A stretch of 64,000 nt of DNA from Eledone cirrhosa (GCA_964016885.1 OZ024741.1:170500001-170564000); one strand, 5' to 3'; numbered from the stretch's first letter, positions 1-14,060 are shown. Numbers and translations are program-made. Notes: generated by a model not told the origin, from the sequence alone.

Positions 1-178
1 TATGTACATATATATATATATGTGTGCATGTATGCATATATATACATACTACTGTACGTCTGTATACATATATGTATGTACGTATACATTCTTATATATA
101 TATATATATATATATAAATGTATTAAGCAAAAATTTGATTGTTTTATATTTTGTATATATATATATTATATATATATG

Positions 179-211
<33 letters not shown>

Positions 212-232
212 CTGTCTGAGTGTGTGTGTGTG

Positions 233-288
<56 letters not shown>

Positions 289-578
289 TGTGTGTTCAAT
301 AGAAGTTGTTTTGGTAAAAAACAGACGTAAGCAGTATAAAGCTCTACATTAGTAGCTTGTAGATACGATGGAGATTCAAAATAACAATAACAATAAAAAA
401 AATGATGTTACGTAACTCGTTTATACATAATAATTTATTTTAATGGTTCCATTATGTAATATATGATGTAATTTATGCAGTTGTTCAACAAAATTGGATT
501 TTCATACAGTTCCCATAACAACAGCAAATTATGAATAAACGATTTATGTAACATCAGCAATTTTCTTAATGTTATTCG

Positions 579-611
<33 letters not shown>

Positions 612-631
612 TATAATATAATATAATATAT

Positions 632-1898
632 AGAGTAGAACACACAAACGAGTATATTTTGAATTAACACGGGTAGAAAACCACTAAAGGGAAAGGCATA
701 AAATCTACGAAAAGTGTGGAAAATACATAATAGTTGGAAAGGTAAATTAAAATGCACTAACCCAGCTTTATAACTATGAAACACCTGGACAGACTCAAAG
801 AAAAGAATGTTTCACCATACACAGTGTCACAACCATAACATCCCAGGGCTCGCCGACAGGGGCAAGGACGATATGGACTGCTCTACTAAAGAGACTGTAG
901 ATAACTGAATCGCACGTGGTGAGACAACGAAAATACGTGCGTCAGACAGTACATAGCGGCTTGAATGGATAAAAAACCTGCTAGAAATAGCAGCCTATAA
1001 CCATTCAACTTCAAAAGCTCAACAGACATAGGGAACATTCGTTAGGAGCCAAAATATCAAATGAAAAAACGGAGTTAAAGATTCGCGTTAATCCCCTGTA
1101 ATTTAATGAGCTCAAGGTATAAGTACCGGGCTCTTCATAATATGATATATAGAGAACAACACACAGAAGAATATACTTTGAATTACGAGGGGTAGAGAAC
1201 CACTAAAGTGAAAGGAATTATCTCTATGTTTGTTGAGCTTTTTAAGTTGAATGGTTATAAGCTGCTATTTTTAGCGTTTTTTTTATCCATTCAAGCCACT
1301 ATGTACTGTCTGACGCGCGTCTTTACGTTCTCTCTCCACCAGTGATTCTGTTATCTAAAGTCTCTTTAGAAGTGCACTCCATATCATTTCTACACCTGTT
1401 TACGAGCCCTGGGATGTTATGGTTGTGACACTGTGTATGGTGAAACATTTTCTTCTTTGAGTCTGTCCAGGTGTTTCATAGTTATAAAGGTGGGTTAGTG
1501 CATTTTAATTTACCTTTCCAATTATTGTGTATTTTCCACACTTTTCCTGGACTTTATTTCTTATACTTTAGTGGTTCTCGATCCCTCGTAATTCAAAACA
1601 TACTCCTTTGTGTTTTCTTCTCTATATATTATATTATGAAGAGCCCGGTACTTATATCTTGAGCTCATTAAATTACAGGGCGGATTGGTAGTGTCGGTAG
1701 AGGGTCGGGCGCCATGCTTTGCAGCAAGGAGTTACGGCACTTTATGGCCTGAGTTCAAATCCCGCCGAGGTTAATTTTGCCTTTCATCCTTACGGCGTCG
1801 ATAAAATAAAGTACCAGTAATATACTGGCATAATTGCTGGCCTTGTGCCAAAATTAGAAACAATTAAATTACAGGGGATTAACGCGAGTCTTTAACTC
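632..1898. mobile_element. Non-coding composite element beside a (TA)n tract: partial tandem (unit about 520 bp) plus inverted arm
   Basis: 632-1030 is reverse-complementary to 1225-1625. 1092-1215 repeats the start of the left arm and pairs with the far end of the right arm. The right arm is interrupted by a SINE. Confidence 0.7.
1681..1862 (+). mobile_element. tRNA-derived SINE (octopus-type) with 14-bp target site duplication
   Basis: A-box-like TGGTAGTGTCGG and B-box GAGTTCAAATCC. Body is shared with more than 10 other copies in the window. TSD ATTAAATTACAGGG at 1667-1680 and 1863-1876. Confidence 0.9.
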
Positions 1899-2245
1899 CT
1901 AGTTAGAATTTTAGTCTACGACTTCAGCTATACCATTTACGTGGTTTTGTCTTTGCGTGCAATTGTTCTCTACGCTCTACATATGACGTATTATCTTCGT
2001 TTTTTCCGTTCATTGCCAGAGAACGTCTCTATGAACCACCTAAGAGAACATTAGTCTACGACTTCTTTTATACCATAAACGTGGTTCTGTCTTTGCGCGT
2101 AATTGTTATCATGACGTATTATATTCGTTTTTTCCCGTTCTTTGCCAACGAACGTTTCCACGAACCAAAGTATTGTCTTCCTGTCTTCCTCCGGTTGCAA
2201 CGTTTTTTGAAATATTCACTTCTGCGTTTATAGATTGACTTTGTT

Positions 2246-2296
2246 AGTTTCAGAAGATCCCGTTAAGGGTGAAAGCAGCGATTCTTTGCTTAAACT
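2246..2296 (+). ncRNA. Type I hammerhead-like ribozyme, U4A core variant
   Basis: AGTTT-CAGAAGA-TCCC/GGGT-GAA-AGCA..TGCT-T-AAACT. Helices I, II and III all pair. Confidence 0.6.
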
Positions 2297-2318
2297 TTAA
2301 TCTGTTATTTTAATAAAT

Positions 2319-2499
2319 ATCTATCTCTATCTATCTAAGGCGGGTAAAATTCCCGAGATCAATGGACGAGTTCTCTCCAGCGGTCTCTGTCCCTCATTAT
2401 CGCTGCCATATCCTGCATCTCCAACAGACCAGTGTCTGTCCTTAGGGCATCAACATATGTTAACCTTGGTCTTCCTCTTCTAGTGTGTCCATGTAGGGG
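2319..2499 (-). mobile_element. 3' terminal fragment of the RTE LINE with (TAGA)n tail
   Basis: Near-identical reverse complement of 62438-62615; abuts a TA run. Confidence 0.9.
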
Positions 2500-2967
2500 C
2501 TATATATATATAGTATTACGGATACTATGTATGGTTATGTATATAATAAAACCTTTTATGGTTATATATTTTTTATATATAAACCCACTGTGGGTCAATA
2601 TATGCATATGTTTTTATATGTCTCTTGTGTTGAAAAGGAGGTCAAGTATGTTATAGATCACTAAATAGTTGCACCGAAGAATCCAAACCTCGGTTTGGAG
2701 GAAACAAGTGTAAGCAAATACGTGATTTAAACTGAACTTTGATTATTGTAATCTCTCTCTCTCTATATATATATATATAGATCAGATCAGAGCAAACATC
2801 ACGGACGCTCTATCTCAAAATTATTTTTGAAAAGCATTAGAAATGCGCAACCGGTAAAACTAAAAACCAAAACTGTATACTAACCAATACTATTACTAAT
2901 TCTCACTTATTCCTAATTAAACTATTTTTCACTGTGAACAATTTGTCAGCATTTTCTATTCCGTTTA

Positions 2968-2999
<32 letters not shown>

Positions 3000-3302
3000 A
3001 CGAAGGAAATGTAGTTGGTCTTACTTGTTCCTATATATATATATATATATATATATAGTTACGGCTGAAACACATGTCACTATAGGGCTGCGCTATCATA
3101 TTTACAGACGCGTAAATAAGGAGACTTTACGTAATCTCGTGGCATGCTAGAAATATCATCATTAGAAAGGAGATAACATAAAAAAATAAAGTTTTAGAGC
3201 TTATTTCTTTTCGTATCCATAGATTAGTGGTCTCTCGAATTAAACTCATCTATTATAAACCTGATTCAGAGAATAAGAAATATATATTATATATATGTAT
3301 AT

Positions 3303-3895
3303 ATGGTGGCTGCCAACTCGTTTTCGAGTACGGCCACTACTTTATATCCATGTAGGAGAACCCCTACCGATGCGCTGAACGAGTGTGACTTTTTAGTCCA
3401 GCCAGCGATTTGAGAACTCTGGTACAAACACTACACCTGTGACAATTATTGACACATAGTGCTGGGCCTATGGTACCATGTGACGACAAGTGCAGAGACA
3501 TCTCCAGATATAAAGCAATGCCTGTGCCGTGAAGCTTTTATAGTGAGCAAATGCACTGCACAAAGCCAGTCCCACTCTCTTAACCAAGATGATATTTACC
3601 AAAAAGAAGAACAAGTCAACATCATTGGATACCATCAGGGTTGCAGGTGTTATATCAGAGTTTTCCTTCTCCTAGAATTCTGCCTTGACTAAGGCTAAGG
3701 AGTCATCTCTCCCGGTGATTTTGGATGGCCATTGACTCTTAAGAGCTCCTTTGCCCTTTGACAGGTTTTGTTTTTAGTCCTGCAGGATGTCCAAAGTCAC
3801 CCACCTGACCAAGAAACCTTGGTGGGGTTGCCAGTTTAGTCGCCAACGACCCGACCATGGGACAGGTTGTACTGGGATACATGTTACTGGGCTAT
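3303..3895 (-). mobile_element. Non-autonomous RTE-related element, about 600 bp
   Basis: Reverse complement of the family at 9524-10140 and 10216-10608; no real coding capacity. Confidence 0.75.
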
Positions 3896-3909
3896 ATGTA
3901 TATATATAT

Positions 3910-4324
3910 AAGGTTGTTGAGCTGTTTCGTGAAACGCTGCCTAAAAAACGATGTTATTCTCACCACCATCAGGAACATCCACTTACCAGGATGCCTACGT
4001 ACACCAGCTTTTCAAAACACCGCTAGCCGCATACACCGCTTGTGTATCAAACAGATCCTGCGACATCTCAACCGCCAATTACACATCCATAAGCGGACAC
4101 TCTCAGAGCGGACACATCGACTAACAATAACACCCAGCGACTTGCTCCTTAAAATCACAAAAGCAATCTACCAGTGCTACCACTCCAGAGTCCAACACGA
4201 AAAGGAACGGCTCAAGCGGAAATATGAGTGGATCTTGCTTAAACTCCACAGCGAGAACACCGACACTAACAAACAGGCAGACCAGAACCACGTGCATTTT
4301 GAACCAGAACCAAAAGCATTTTGA
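3910..4324 (+). pseudogene. Probable N-terminal fragment of a PLE ORF
   Basis: CFVKRCLKNDVI...EKERLKRKYEWIL resembles the PLE N-terminal helical region; starts at a TA run. Confidence 0.45.
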
Positions 4325-4325
4325 A

Positions 4326-4419
4326 GACGGTCTTCAAAATGCTTTTAATTAAGCATACAGTGTATTGTAAGATACACTATATATACATTCATATATATAT
4401 CGCTATTTCAGAGCACCAA

Positions 4420-4477
<58 letters not shown>

Positions 4478-4494
4478 TTGGTGCTCTGAAATAG

Positions 4495-4498
<4 letters not shown>
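4326..4498. repeat. End fragment of the 317-nt HHR family, with a palindrome centred on (TA)n
   Basis: ATCGCTATTTCAGAGCACCAATTCTAAT-(TA)n-ATTAGAATTGGTGCTCTGAAATAGCGAT. The same arrangement occurs at 54671-54820. Confidence 0.85.
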
Positions 4499-4544
<46 letters not shown>

Positions 4545-4552
<8 letters not shown>

Positions 4553-4774
4553 TGTAAGCTATCGCCGTATTTTGACTAAAGAAATTAAAGAAATTATTTA
4601 GCCTGATAGTGGGGTTAAGAACCCTCGGAGAAATGGAAAAAGATGAGTATTGACTCCCATGTACGTCAATACTCATCTTTTTCCATTTCTCCGAGGGTTC
4701 TTAACCCCACTATCAGGCTAAATAATTTCTTTACTTTCTTTAGTCAAAACACGGCGATAGCTTACATTTCTAAT
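4545..4774. repeat. Near-perfect hairpin, 110-bp arms, 10-nt spacer
   Basis: 4545-4654 is the reverse complement of 4665-4774. Confidence 0.95.
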
Positions 4775-4832
4775 AATTTCAAAGCCACTCGCTGCTTCGA
4801 AAATATTCTTACTTATATTCTTATATATATGT

Positions 4833-5069
4833 ATAAAAGCTTCACGACACAGGCATTGCTTTGTATCTGGAGATCTTTTTGCATTTGTCGTCACATGGTA
4901 CCTTGGGCCCAGCACTATGTGTCAATAATTGTCACAAGTGTAGTGTTTGTACCAGAGTTTCCGAGTCGCTGTCTGGACTAAAAAATCACACTCGCTCAGC
5001 GCATCGGTAAGGGTTCTCCTACATGGATATAAAGTAGTGGCCGTACTCGAAAACGAGTTGGCAGCCGCC

Positions 5070-5070
<1 letters not shown>
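4833..5070 (+). mobile_element. 3' fragment of the non-autonomous RTE-related family
   Basis: Matches about 10371-10608. Confidence 0.8.
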
Positions 5071-5126
<56 letters not shown>

Positions 5127-5969
5127 AATAAGGGTTGACGGAGCCACCATATTTATCAATGCCAGTACAGGTTGTATCTCGCCGCAATCAATGGGCAATG
5201 TCAGATACATTACCAGAGTATACACATAGTCATTTGCCTCAACACAACACACGTAAAACAAGTGCCTATAATGAACCCGGACTCGAGTTTCTGCCGCACT
5301 AATGCAGCAGTAAGGTGAACTGCACCATCTGTCTGCATATATTATGCAACAATACACAATCGGCTTATGCGGCTTCATTAGCGGGTATCGCCTAATCAAT
5401 AACCAATCGATCGACAGAATCCAAACACCGGCTCATGACTGTTTGTGACAACTGACACGGTAAAGCGATTAGCAACTGGCAACCGATAGGACTCTATATC
5501 TCAACTAGCCAACGACTTACAAATTTTACCTGGGGACGGGAAGCTAAAAAGGATCAATCTATTAGTTCCTGTTAGAAGCCCTCAGCCAACGTGTCTCACA
5601 CAAAAATTATCAAGGGGTGAAAAGATGGCTATTAGAAATAGCAATTCACATTGATATAGAATAGAATGGTAGCATTCGGTTCATGTCTCCAAGCCCCATG
5701 GCTACAGGAAAGCGATGGTAACAATGGGAGTGTCAAGAACCTTTAACGGACTTTAAATGCGTTCATCCATTATATAACAATATAGTAGCGAGCTGAAATG
5801 TATCAGCCACGTGCGTAGATAACCAGTCTAATTCACAACTTAAAAGAGTGAGAGACAAAATTAGTAGCAGGAAAAAGAGTGCATATCAAAACAAAAACAC
5901 AATAAAAAGTGAAAAATTGTTTAACTTATTCTCAATATTCCGCTCGTTGGGAGAATAATATATATATAT

Positions 5970-6907
<938 letters not shown>

Positions 6908-7380
6908 GTATCGACCCCAGTATTACATTGATATTTTATTTTTCAATACTCAATTGTTGAAAGGCAAATTTAGCCTCGGCGGGATTTGAACTCAAAGAGC
7001 AGAGAATCAGAATGGATACGACAAAAACCTGCATCCAACATCTTAGACAGGATCGTCAACGCTGAAATGTCCTTCACCTTTGAGCAGCTCGATCAGGGTT
7101 GATGTTTGGTTAAGCAATAAGAGCATCATGATCAGTAGCAGCAGCAGCAGCAGCAACTGCAACAACCACAACAACAACCTCTAACATCACGTGAGATATC
7201 ACACGGCATTATATTAGATTTTATTAATTTTATATCGGGAAGATCTTGATATATCTAACGTTGTCAGCTGATAGAAGACACCAATTAAAAATTAAAAACT
7301 ATAAATATGTATATATACGTGGTGATATGATACGTGAATGTATACGAATATATTCGTCTATTTAGTTATTTCATATTATA

Positions 7381-7535
7381 AGGCGACGAATTGGCAGAGT
7401 CGTTAGAACTTTCGATAGAGTGCTTTGCGGTATTCGTTCCGAATCGCTACTCTCTGAATTCAAATCCCACCGGGGTCAACATTGCCTTCCATTCATTCGA
7501 AGTGAATAAAACGTACCAGTTAAATACTGGGATAT
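7381..7535 (+). mobile_element. Diverged tRNA-derived SINE
   Basis: TGGCAGAGTCG...GAATTCAAATCCC...GTACCAG. Confidence 0.7.
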
Positions 7536-7993
7536 TTTCTTCCTCTATATCTCTTTCTCGTTTTCACTATCTTTTTCTCTCTGGAAGAAATCTGCTGTAT
7601 TCACACATGGAGAGGTTGGGTTCCGCCAAGTTTGAAAATAAACTAGAAACGCTGTATCTCAATACAGAATCCCTACGACTCCCTTAGAATTTACGGGATC
7701 ATACATGCATATCATATATAGCAATAACACTAAAGAAGAGAGGATTCCAATAGGCTTGTCATTAGTTTATCACATTCTAACGCCAGTAGTGAAAAGGAAT
7801 TCCGTTCCTACAGCACAAAATATTTGGTTTGCTCAACGATGCTCATAAATTACTAATCTGATTTTGCGTGTCGGCGATAGATAAATACACATAAAAACAC
7901 ATGTACACGACAAGGATACATACACACACATATACAGCAATAACATAAATGTGTGTGTGTGTTTGTATGTATGTGTGTATGTATGTATGTATG

Positions 7994-8455
7994 TCAGGTC
8001 GCCTCGAGTACTACTAGTAACATGTAACCCAGTACAATCTCTCTCATGGTTAGGTCGTCGGTGGGATGAAATACAAGACACGGCAAAGGGTAGAGGAACT
8101 CAACAGAGTCAACGACCATCCAAATAGTACTTTTTTCCACCTGGGAGTGAAAGGCCCCCAGTTGTCACAACATCTTTCTAGGAGAGGGGAAACTCTGAAA
8201 AATAAAAAAAAACCTGCGGCACCGGAAGCATCCGATAATGTTGACCAGTTCTTCTTTTCGGATAGTGTTTTCGATGCTCAGAGAGTGGGATTGGTTGAGT
8301 GCAAGGTCTTTCCCCACTTAAACATCTTCAAAGCACAGGCATTGCTTGTTCAGGATATGTTTCAGGTTTGTGTGACTGGCCGTAGCCTAAATGTGCACCA
8401 AACTCTATAATCTGACAAACGATTGCAGTACTCATAGCAGAGTTTGCAGCCATCA
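7994..8455 (+). mobile_element. Non-autonomous RTE-related element (diverged subfamily) between (TATG)n tracts
   Basis: Shares the 5' GTAACCCAGTACAA motif, the internal TTCTAGGAGA..AAACTCTG motif and the 3' GCAGCCATC-(ATGT)n end. Confidence 0.7.
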
Positions 8456-8544
8456 TGTATGTCTGTCTGTCTGTCTGTCTGCCTGTCTGTCTGTATGTAT
8501 GTATGTATGTATGTATGTATGTATGTATGTATGTAGTGTGTATG

Positions 8545-9497
8545 TACACCAAATTGCTTGAGCTTTTTCAGGAGAAATGTTTAAGGCGCATATTCAACAA
8601 GGCAGTACTCCTGACACCCATGTTCTTATCAAAGCAGAATGTCCAAGCATTGGGTCCCAAGTAACATCTTCTCAAATGCGCTGGACAGACAGGATATATC
8701 GTGCGCATGAAAGAAAGCAGGATCCCGAAGCAACTGTTTTACGGTGAGCTCCATCTCGCAAAAAGACCTCAACACAAACCAAAAATGAGTTTCAGGGACG
8801 GCATCAAGAGCAATCTCAAAGAGCTGACATTTGATATAAACAACTGGGAAGAAATAACTTTAAATAGGGCTGAGTGGAGAAAGCGCATAAAGGGCAGTTG
8901 CAAAACTTTTGAGGAATGTCGTATAGAACATAAACAACTGAAGCGTCAGCTCTGGAAGGACTGTGCTCACAGTCTTGATGAAGTCATCAGTAGTTGGACA
9001 TGGTAATGCTGTCAGTGTGTACCCCTCTCAAAGGCTGGTTATCACAGTCATGATGAAGTCATCAGTAGTTGGACATGGTAATGCTGTCAGTGTGTACCCC
9101 TTTCAAAGGCTGGTTATCACAGTCTTGATGAAGTCATCAGTAGTTGGACATGCAATTTCTCTCAGTGTCTGCTCCTCTCAAAGGCTGGTTATGTGAATCA
9201 CCTGAAGTCACATGAAAGGGTAACCACCTGCAACACCTCTCTAGAAAGACCTGGCGAAACAACGTCCGAGATATATAACAAAGTGTGTAGAACTAGTTCC
9301 AGTGTGAAAAGATTGTGTCCCACAGGATGACAGCACCGGTCCTGTTGAAAGCACAACTCTCTTCTGTCACCTGTGTCGTACATCATGCAGATCTACAGCT
9401 GGCCTAAAAAGTCATCTACGAAGTCATGGACGCAGATGGGATGATAACGAAGAATCAATAAGAGACGGCAATCGTCAGTGAAGACGCTGCAATCCTC
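8545..9497 (+). pseudogene. 3' part of an RTE (BovB-like) LINE with C-terminal C2H2 zinc finger(s) and (ATGT)n tail
   Basis: RMKESRIPKQLFYGEL...RAEWR, CHLCRTSCRSTAGLKSHLRSH, and a 3' stem-loop before (ATGT)n. Confidence 0.85.
8967..9192 (+). repeat. Three tandem copies of a 75-bp unit inside the RTE 3' region
   Basis: CACAGTCTTGATGAAGTCATCAGTAGTTGGACATG...TCAAAGGCTGGTTAT x3. Confidence 0.9.
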
Positions 9498-9523
9498 ATG
9501 TATGTATGTATCTATGTATGTAT

Positions 9524-10140
9524 GTCGGGTCACTCTTGAGTGCTACTGGTAATATGTAACCCAGTACAACCTGTCGCATGGTCCGGTCGTCGGCGACTAA
9601 ACCGGCAACCCCACCAAGTTTACTTGGTGAGGAGGGTGATTTTGGACACCCTGCAGGACAAAAATCAAAACCTGACAAAGGGCGGAAGAACTCATAAGAG
9701 CCAACGGCCATCCAAAAGTGTGTAAATATGTATATGCGCATGTACATATGTATTTATATGTGTATATACATGGGTGCATGTGTATGTATATGCGCGGGAA
9801 TATAGAAATAGCCGGGCTGGACACCCGATCGCATGGTTAAATCACTGGATGTGAAGTACTCCTAGCCTTTCTCAGGGCATTCTTCTAGGAGAAGGCAACT
9901 CAGGAAACTGGGATAACTCCGATATAAAACCTGCGGCTCAGTAGTTACCGATGATGTTGATCTTTTCTTCTTTTCGGGTTATAGCTACTGTCGCTCACAG
10001 AGAGGGATTGGCTCAGTGCACAGTCTTTCCACACTTTAAAAAAATATCTTCACGCACAGGCATTGCACGATAGAATTAATTAATAATTATTAATAATGGT
10101 ATATCGTGCAATGGCCATACTCGATAACGAGGCAGCCATC
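9524..10140 (+). mobile_element. Non-autonomous RTE-related element between (TATG)n tracts
   Basis: Same family motifs; 3' CTCG/CGAG hairpin, then GCAGCCATC(ATGT)n. Confidence 0.75.
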
Positions 10141-10215
10141 ATGTATGTATGTATGTATGTATGTATGTATGTATGTATGTATGTATGTATGTATGTATGT
10201 ATGTATGTATGTATG

Positions 10216-10608
10216 TGAATTTGTCAAGGCAGAATTCTAGGAGAAGGAAAACTCTGATATAACATCTGCAACTCTGATCGTATCCAATGATGTTGACTTG
10301 TTCTTCTTTTTGGTAAATATCATCTTGGTTAAGAGAGTGGCACTGGCTTTGTGCAGTGCCTTTGCTCACTATGAAAGCTTCACGACACAGGCATTGCTTT
10401 ATATCTGTAGATATCTCAGCACTTGTCGTCACATGGTACGAAGCGCCCAGCACTATGTGTCAATAATTGTCACAAGTGTTGTGTTTGTACCAGAGTTTTC
10501 AAGTCGCAGGCTGGACTAAATAGTCACACTCGTTCAGCGCATCGGTAGGGGTTCTCCTACATGGATATAAAGTAGTGGCCGTACTCGAAAACGAGTTTGC
10601 AGCCACCA
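10216..10608 (+). mobile_element. 5'-truncated copy of the same non-autonomous family
   Basis: Near-identical to the reverse complement of 3303-3690; (ATGT)n on both sides. Confidence 0.8.
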
Positions 10609-11782
10609 TGTATGTATGTATGTATGTATGTATGTATGTATGTATGTATGTATGTATGTATGTATGTATGTATGTATGTATGTATTTGTGTATGTATGTG
10701 TGTGTGTGTGTGTGTATGTGTATGTATGAATGTACGTGTTTAGGAAGGTAGATATGCATACATGTATGTGAGCGGATCTTTCCAAAAACATATTTTCAAG
10801 ACTTACACCTGATTAAGGTACTTTCCAGATACAATCTCGAGGTCTGCCATAAGCAATGTACCCTTTAATGTCATGATATTGTTTTATAACTTGAGATAAA
10901 ACTGATTAGAACATGAATGTAGTGAAAAATCTAAATACTAAAAACGATTTAATCTATGTTTCCAGACCTTGAGATCTCAGAGTTTCATGTGTTACATATA
11001 CAATCATAAATGGGGATACAGATGTTTTATAACCCTAATCATATAATTAATACATTTATAGTGTAATAAGCTTTTCGAAAATGACAGGTAATGCAACATC
11101 GCTTGTTGCTCGACCTAAAGTATGTATGATATATGTCTACAAATACATCTCTCGGAGATTTAAATATATGAATTACCATTATGATGCTCTAGTTCATCCA
11201 TAATTTAATTATATCTTGCGATACATACACTGCTGTATCGTATTGATATATATATATATATGTATGTGTTACTTACCAGGCAGTGCTAAACATCTTGGAA
11301 GAAATTAATTAATTTATGTGTAAAGTTATAAATCTTAATGCATTGGGAAACAACGTTATCCTTATGTCTATATATTAAAACGTTGAGTTCTTAACCTTTC
11401 CTTGCACAATCATCATTGGAGAAAGACAGGTCTTATAATCATATATATATATAACACAAAGTAGTACGTTTTTCTGCGTTTTACGAAACAGATACTAAAA
11501 GCAAGAGAACACCTTGAAAAAAGCGTAATATATACATATGTCGGAATTGTACCCATTAAATATTGAATTGAATATTTTCGAATATGTGTTTATTGAAAAT
11601 TTAGAAGCTTCAATATATTTTCTTGACTATGAAAACAAGTAAAACAAATTAGCCTAAAAAAGGCCCCTAAACGGAAATATGTTGATAGTTGTCAACGTTT
11701 TTTCCGTTTAGGAGATTTTATGCTGTTTGTTTCACGACTTTTCGTAGTAAAAAAAAAACATGTTGAAGCTTCTAAATGTTCG

Positions 11783-11833
<51 letters not shown>

Positions 11834-12319
11834 TTATTCAATTCATAGGTTTCAATGTTCATATAAAGCTGGGAGACCAGGACAGACGGAAGAAATTCAT
11901 AAGTTACAAAAATAAGTAAAAAAAGGTGAACATCAGGTACGATGTTTACTATGTCTCAGTTGTTGAATCATTTTGTAGCCTCCATAATTCGAAGACCTTA
12001 TTCCTGAGTGAGAACTCATTGACAATATAATTACACCGCTATCATGCCAATCTTTTTGAAGACCAATTTAAAAAAAAACACATTTCTCTCTAACATTGAT
12101 AGTTTTTATATTGGAATAAATAATGCAACATACTGGAAGGTTAGTCTTCACATAAATATAGATATGATTCGGTACGATGTGTTAAGAATGAACTATAGTT
12201 CAATGGTATGTGACTCGATCGTAGACAGGAATTTCTTTGTTTAATACCCTTATTTTGTAACTTATTTTGTATTAGATGTGAAATGTATGTGAAATGTAAG
12301 TCACATTATTGACAAGGCA

Positions 12320-13870
12320 TTGAATTCCTCACATTGTGGGCTGTGTGGCGAGAAAGGTGAGACAATAAAGCACATTATGACTGAATGTAAGATGCTTGCT
12401 CAGAAAGAGTACAAGAGAAGACACGACAACATTGCCTGATTGGTTTACTGGAAGCACTCTCATAAGTGTGACATGAACAGAAGTGAGAAATGGTATGAAC
12501 ACTAACTAGAAATGGTTGCTGAAAATGAATGATATAAGATCTTATGGGACATCATCGTCCAGTTTGACGACCTTATTGTGGCTAGAAAACCTGACATTGT
12601 TGTAAAAAAGAATAACAAAATAATTATTGTGGATATTGCTTCACAATGGGACAAAAGGGTGAACAAGAAAGAAAGTGTGAAACATTGATAATTATCAGGA
12701 GCTGAAGAAAATGAGGAAACTATAGATAATCAGACAGAGAGAGGTGGTTCCAATTGTGGTTGGCCCACTCGGAGCAGTCAGTAAAACTTTGGATACATGG
12801 CTTGAGAAGCTAGGAATTGTAATGATTCTAAGGAGGGTTTTACAATGTTGAAACGTAAGGAATGACCCATTGGCTATGGCTTACTTCTTTGGTATAGTGA
12901 CGGTATAACACCGGAGCAAAAGCGTTACGAATGGTAATAATAAGAAACATATTTGGCATTACTGTCAACATCAAAACCGTTCTTCTGAATATTATACTAG
13001 AATTGATGACCAAATTGTACTTGAGCAATGTATACCTTGGAGGAGTAGAAATTATTATAAGGGGTATCTGCGAAGGTGATTCATCTTCACCATTACTATT
13101 ATCACAGCATGTATTCTTATAACACTGACACTTAGGAAAGTTAAAATGGGTTACCAACGTGGGATTAAAGGAGTATTCATAAACTATCTTCTGTTCATGG
13201 ATGACTTGAAAATGTTTTGGAAATCCCAAACCCAGATAGATTCTTTGATAGAAACAATCCAGATATGTAGCAAGGACATCGATATGCAACTAAGGGTTTT
13301 GAAATGCTCCTCTTTACGCAATATGAAAAGAGTTAAGGAAGCAGCGTGTAGTGGATTACAGCTGTCCTCGAGAGAAACTATGGAGGGGTGTGACCAGAAG
13401 ATAGGGGATACAAGTATTTGGGGATTTTAGAAATGGTCGATATATTACATGCACAAAATGAAAGCAAAGTTTAGAGTTATAAACAAAAAGAATACGTAAA
13501 ATTCCAATCTCAATGCGAAAACTCTAGTCACTCTATTGAATACCTGGGCAGTTGCAATGGTTCCGTATAATGCATCCATTCTCAGGTGGTGAACTGATGT
13601 AGAAATACCAAAGTTGGGTACAAAGACGATAATATTAATGACATTGTAGGGAGCTTCACACTCTAAAGCATATATAAATAGATTGTACACAAAGAGAGAG
13701 AATGTTGGGAGGGTTCACATAATGTGGATTATTGTATAAGGAGTGACAGGAAAACGCTTGCAAAAGACTTGGTAAACAGTGATGAAAAGTTGCTGCAACA
13801 TGTAGCAAAAGATATGGGTATAAATGCAGATGAAATAGTTGGTAAGGAAGAGTTTCATCAAAGAATTGAA
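12320..13870 (+). pseudogene. Decayed R4/Dong-type non-LTR retrotransposon, pieces in scrambled order
   Basis: CGEKGETIKHIMTECKMLAQKEYKRRHDNIA and KILWD...ARKPDIVV (12320-12860) come before the RT motifs RGICEGDSSSPLL and LLFMDDLKMF (13050-13430). Confidence 0.8.
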
Positions 13871-13879
13871 AAGAGCCCT

Positions 13880-14060
13880 TTCGTAGTTATGTTTTTTCTG
13901 CATTCCTGCTTGTATTGGAACACGGCATTTGCTGCTGTTTTCTTCTCAAAGTGTTCCTTCACTCTGTGGTTCAGGTTTCGCGTTGTGGAACCGATGTAAG
14001 TTTTCCCGCATGCGCAGTTAAATTCATAAACTACGTGGTTCTTTAGACATGTTGAATTTG
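13880..14060 (-). pseudogene. PLE GIY-YIG endonuclease fragment
   Basis: VVYEFNCACGKTYIGSTTRNLNHRVKEH. Confidence 0.85.

Noticed and set aside
3459-3692. Recurrent ORFs with KQCLCREAF (also 4718 and 10139)
   Set aside because: Antisense translations of a repeated non-coding element; the frame is not conserved between copies.
5270-5340. Hammerhead-like motif on the minus strand (CAGATGG...GAAACTCGAGTC)
   Set aside because: Two core mismatches and no helix I.
9524-9615. Possible HDV-like ribozyme at the 5' end of the non-autonomous RTE-related family
   Set aside because: P3/L3-like and CTAA-like pieces are present, but I could not build P1 or the nested double pseudoknot.
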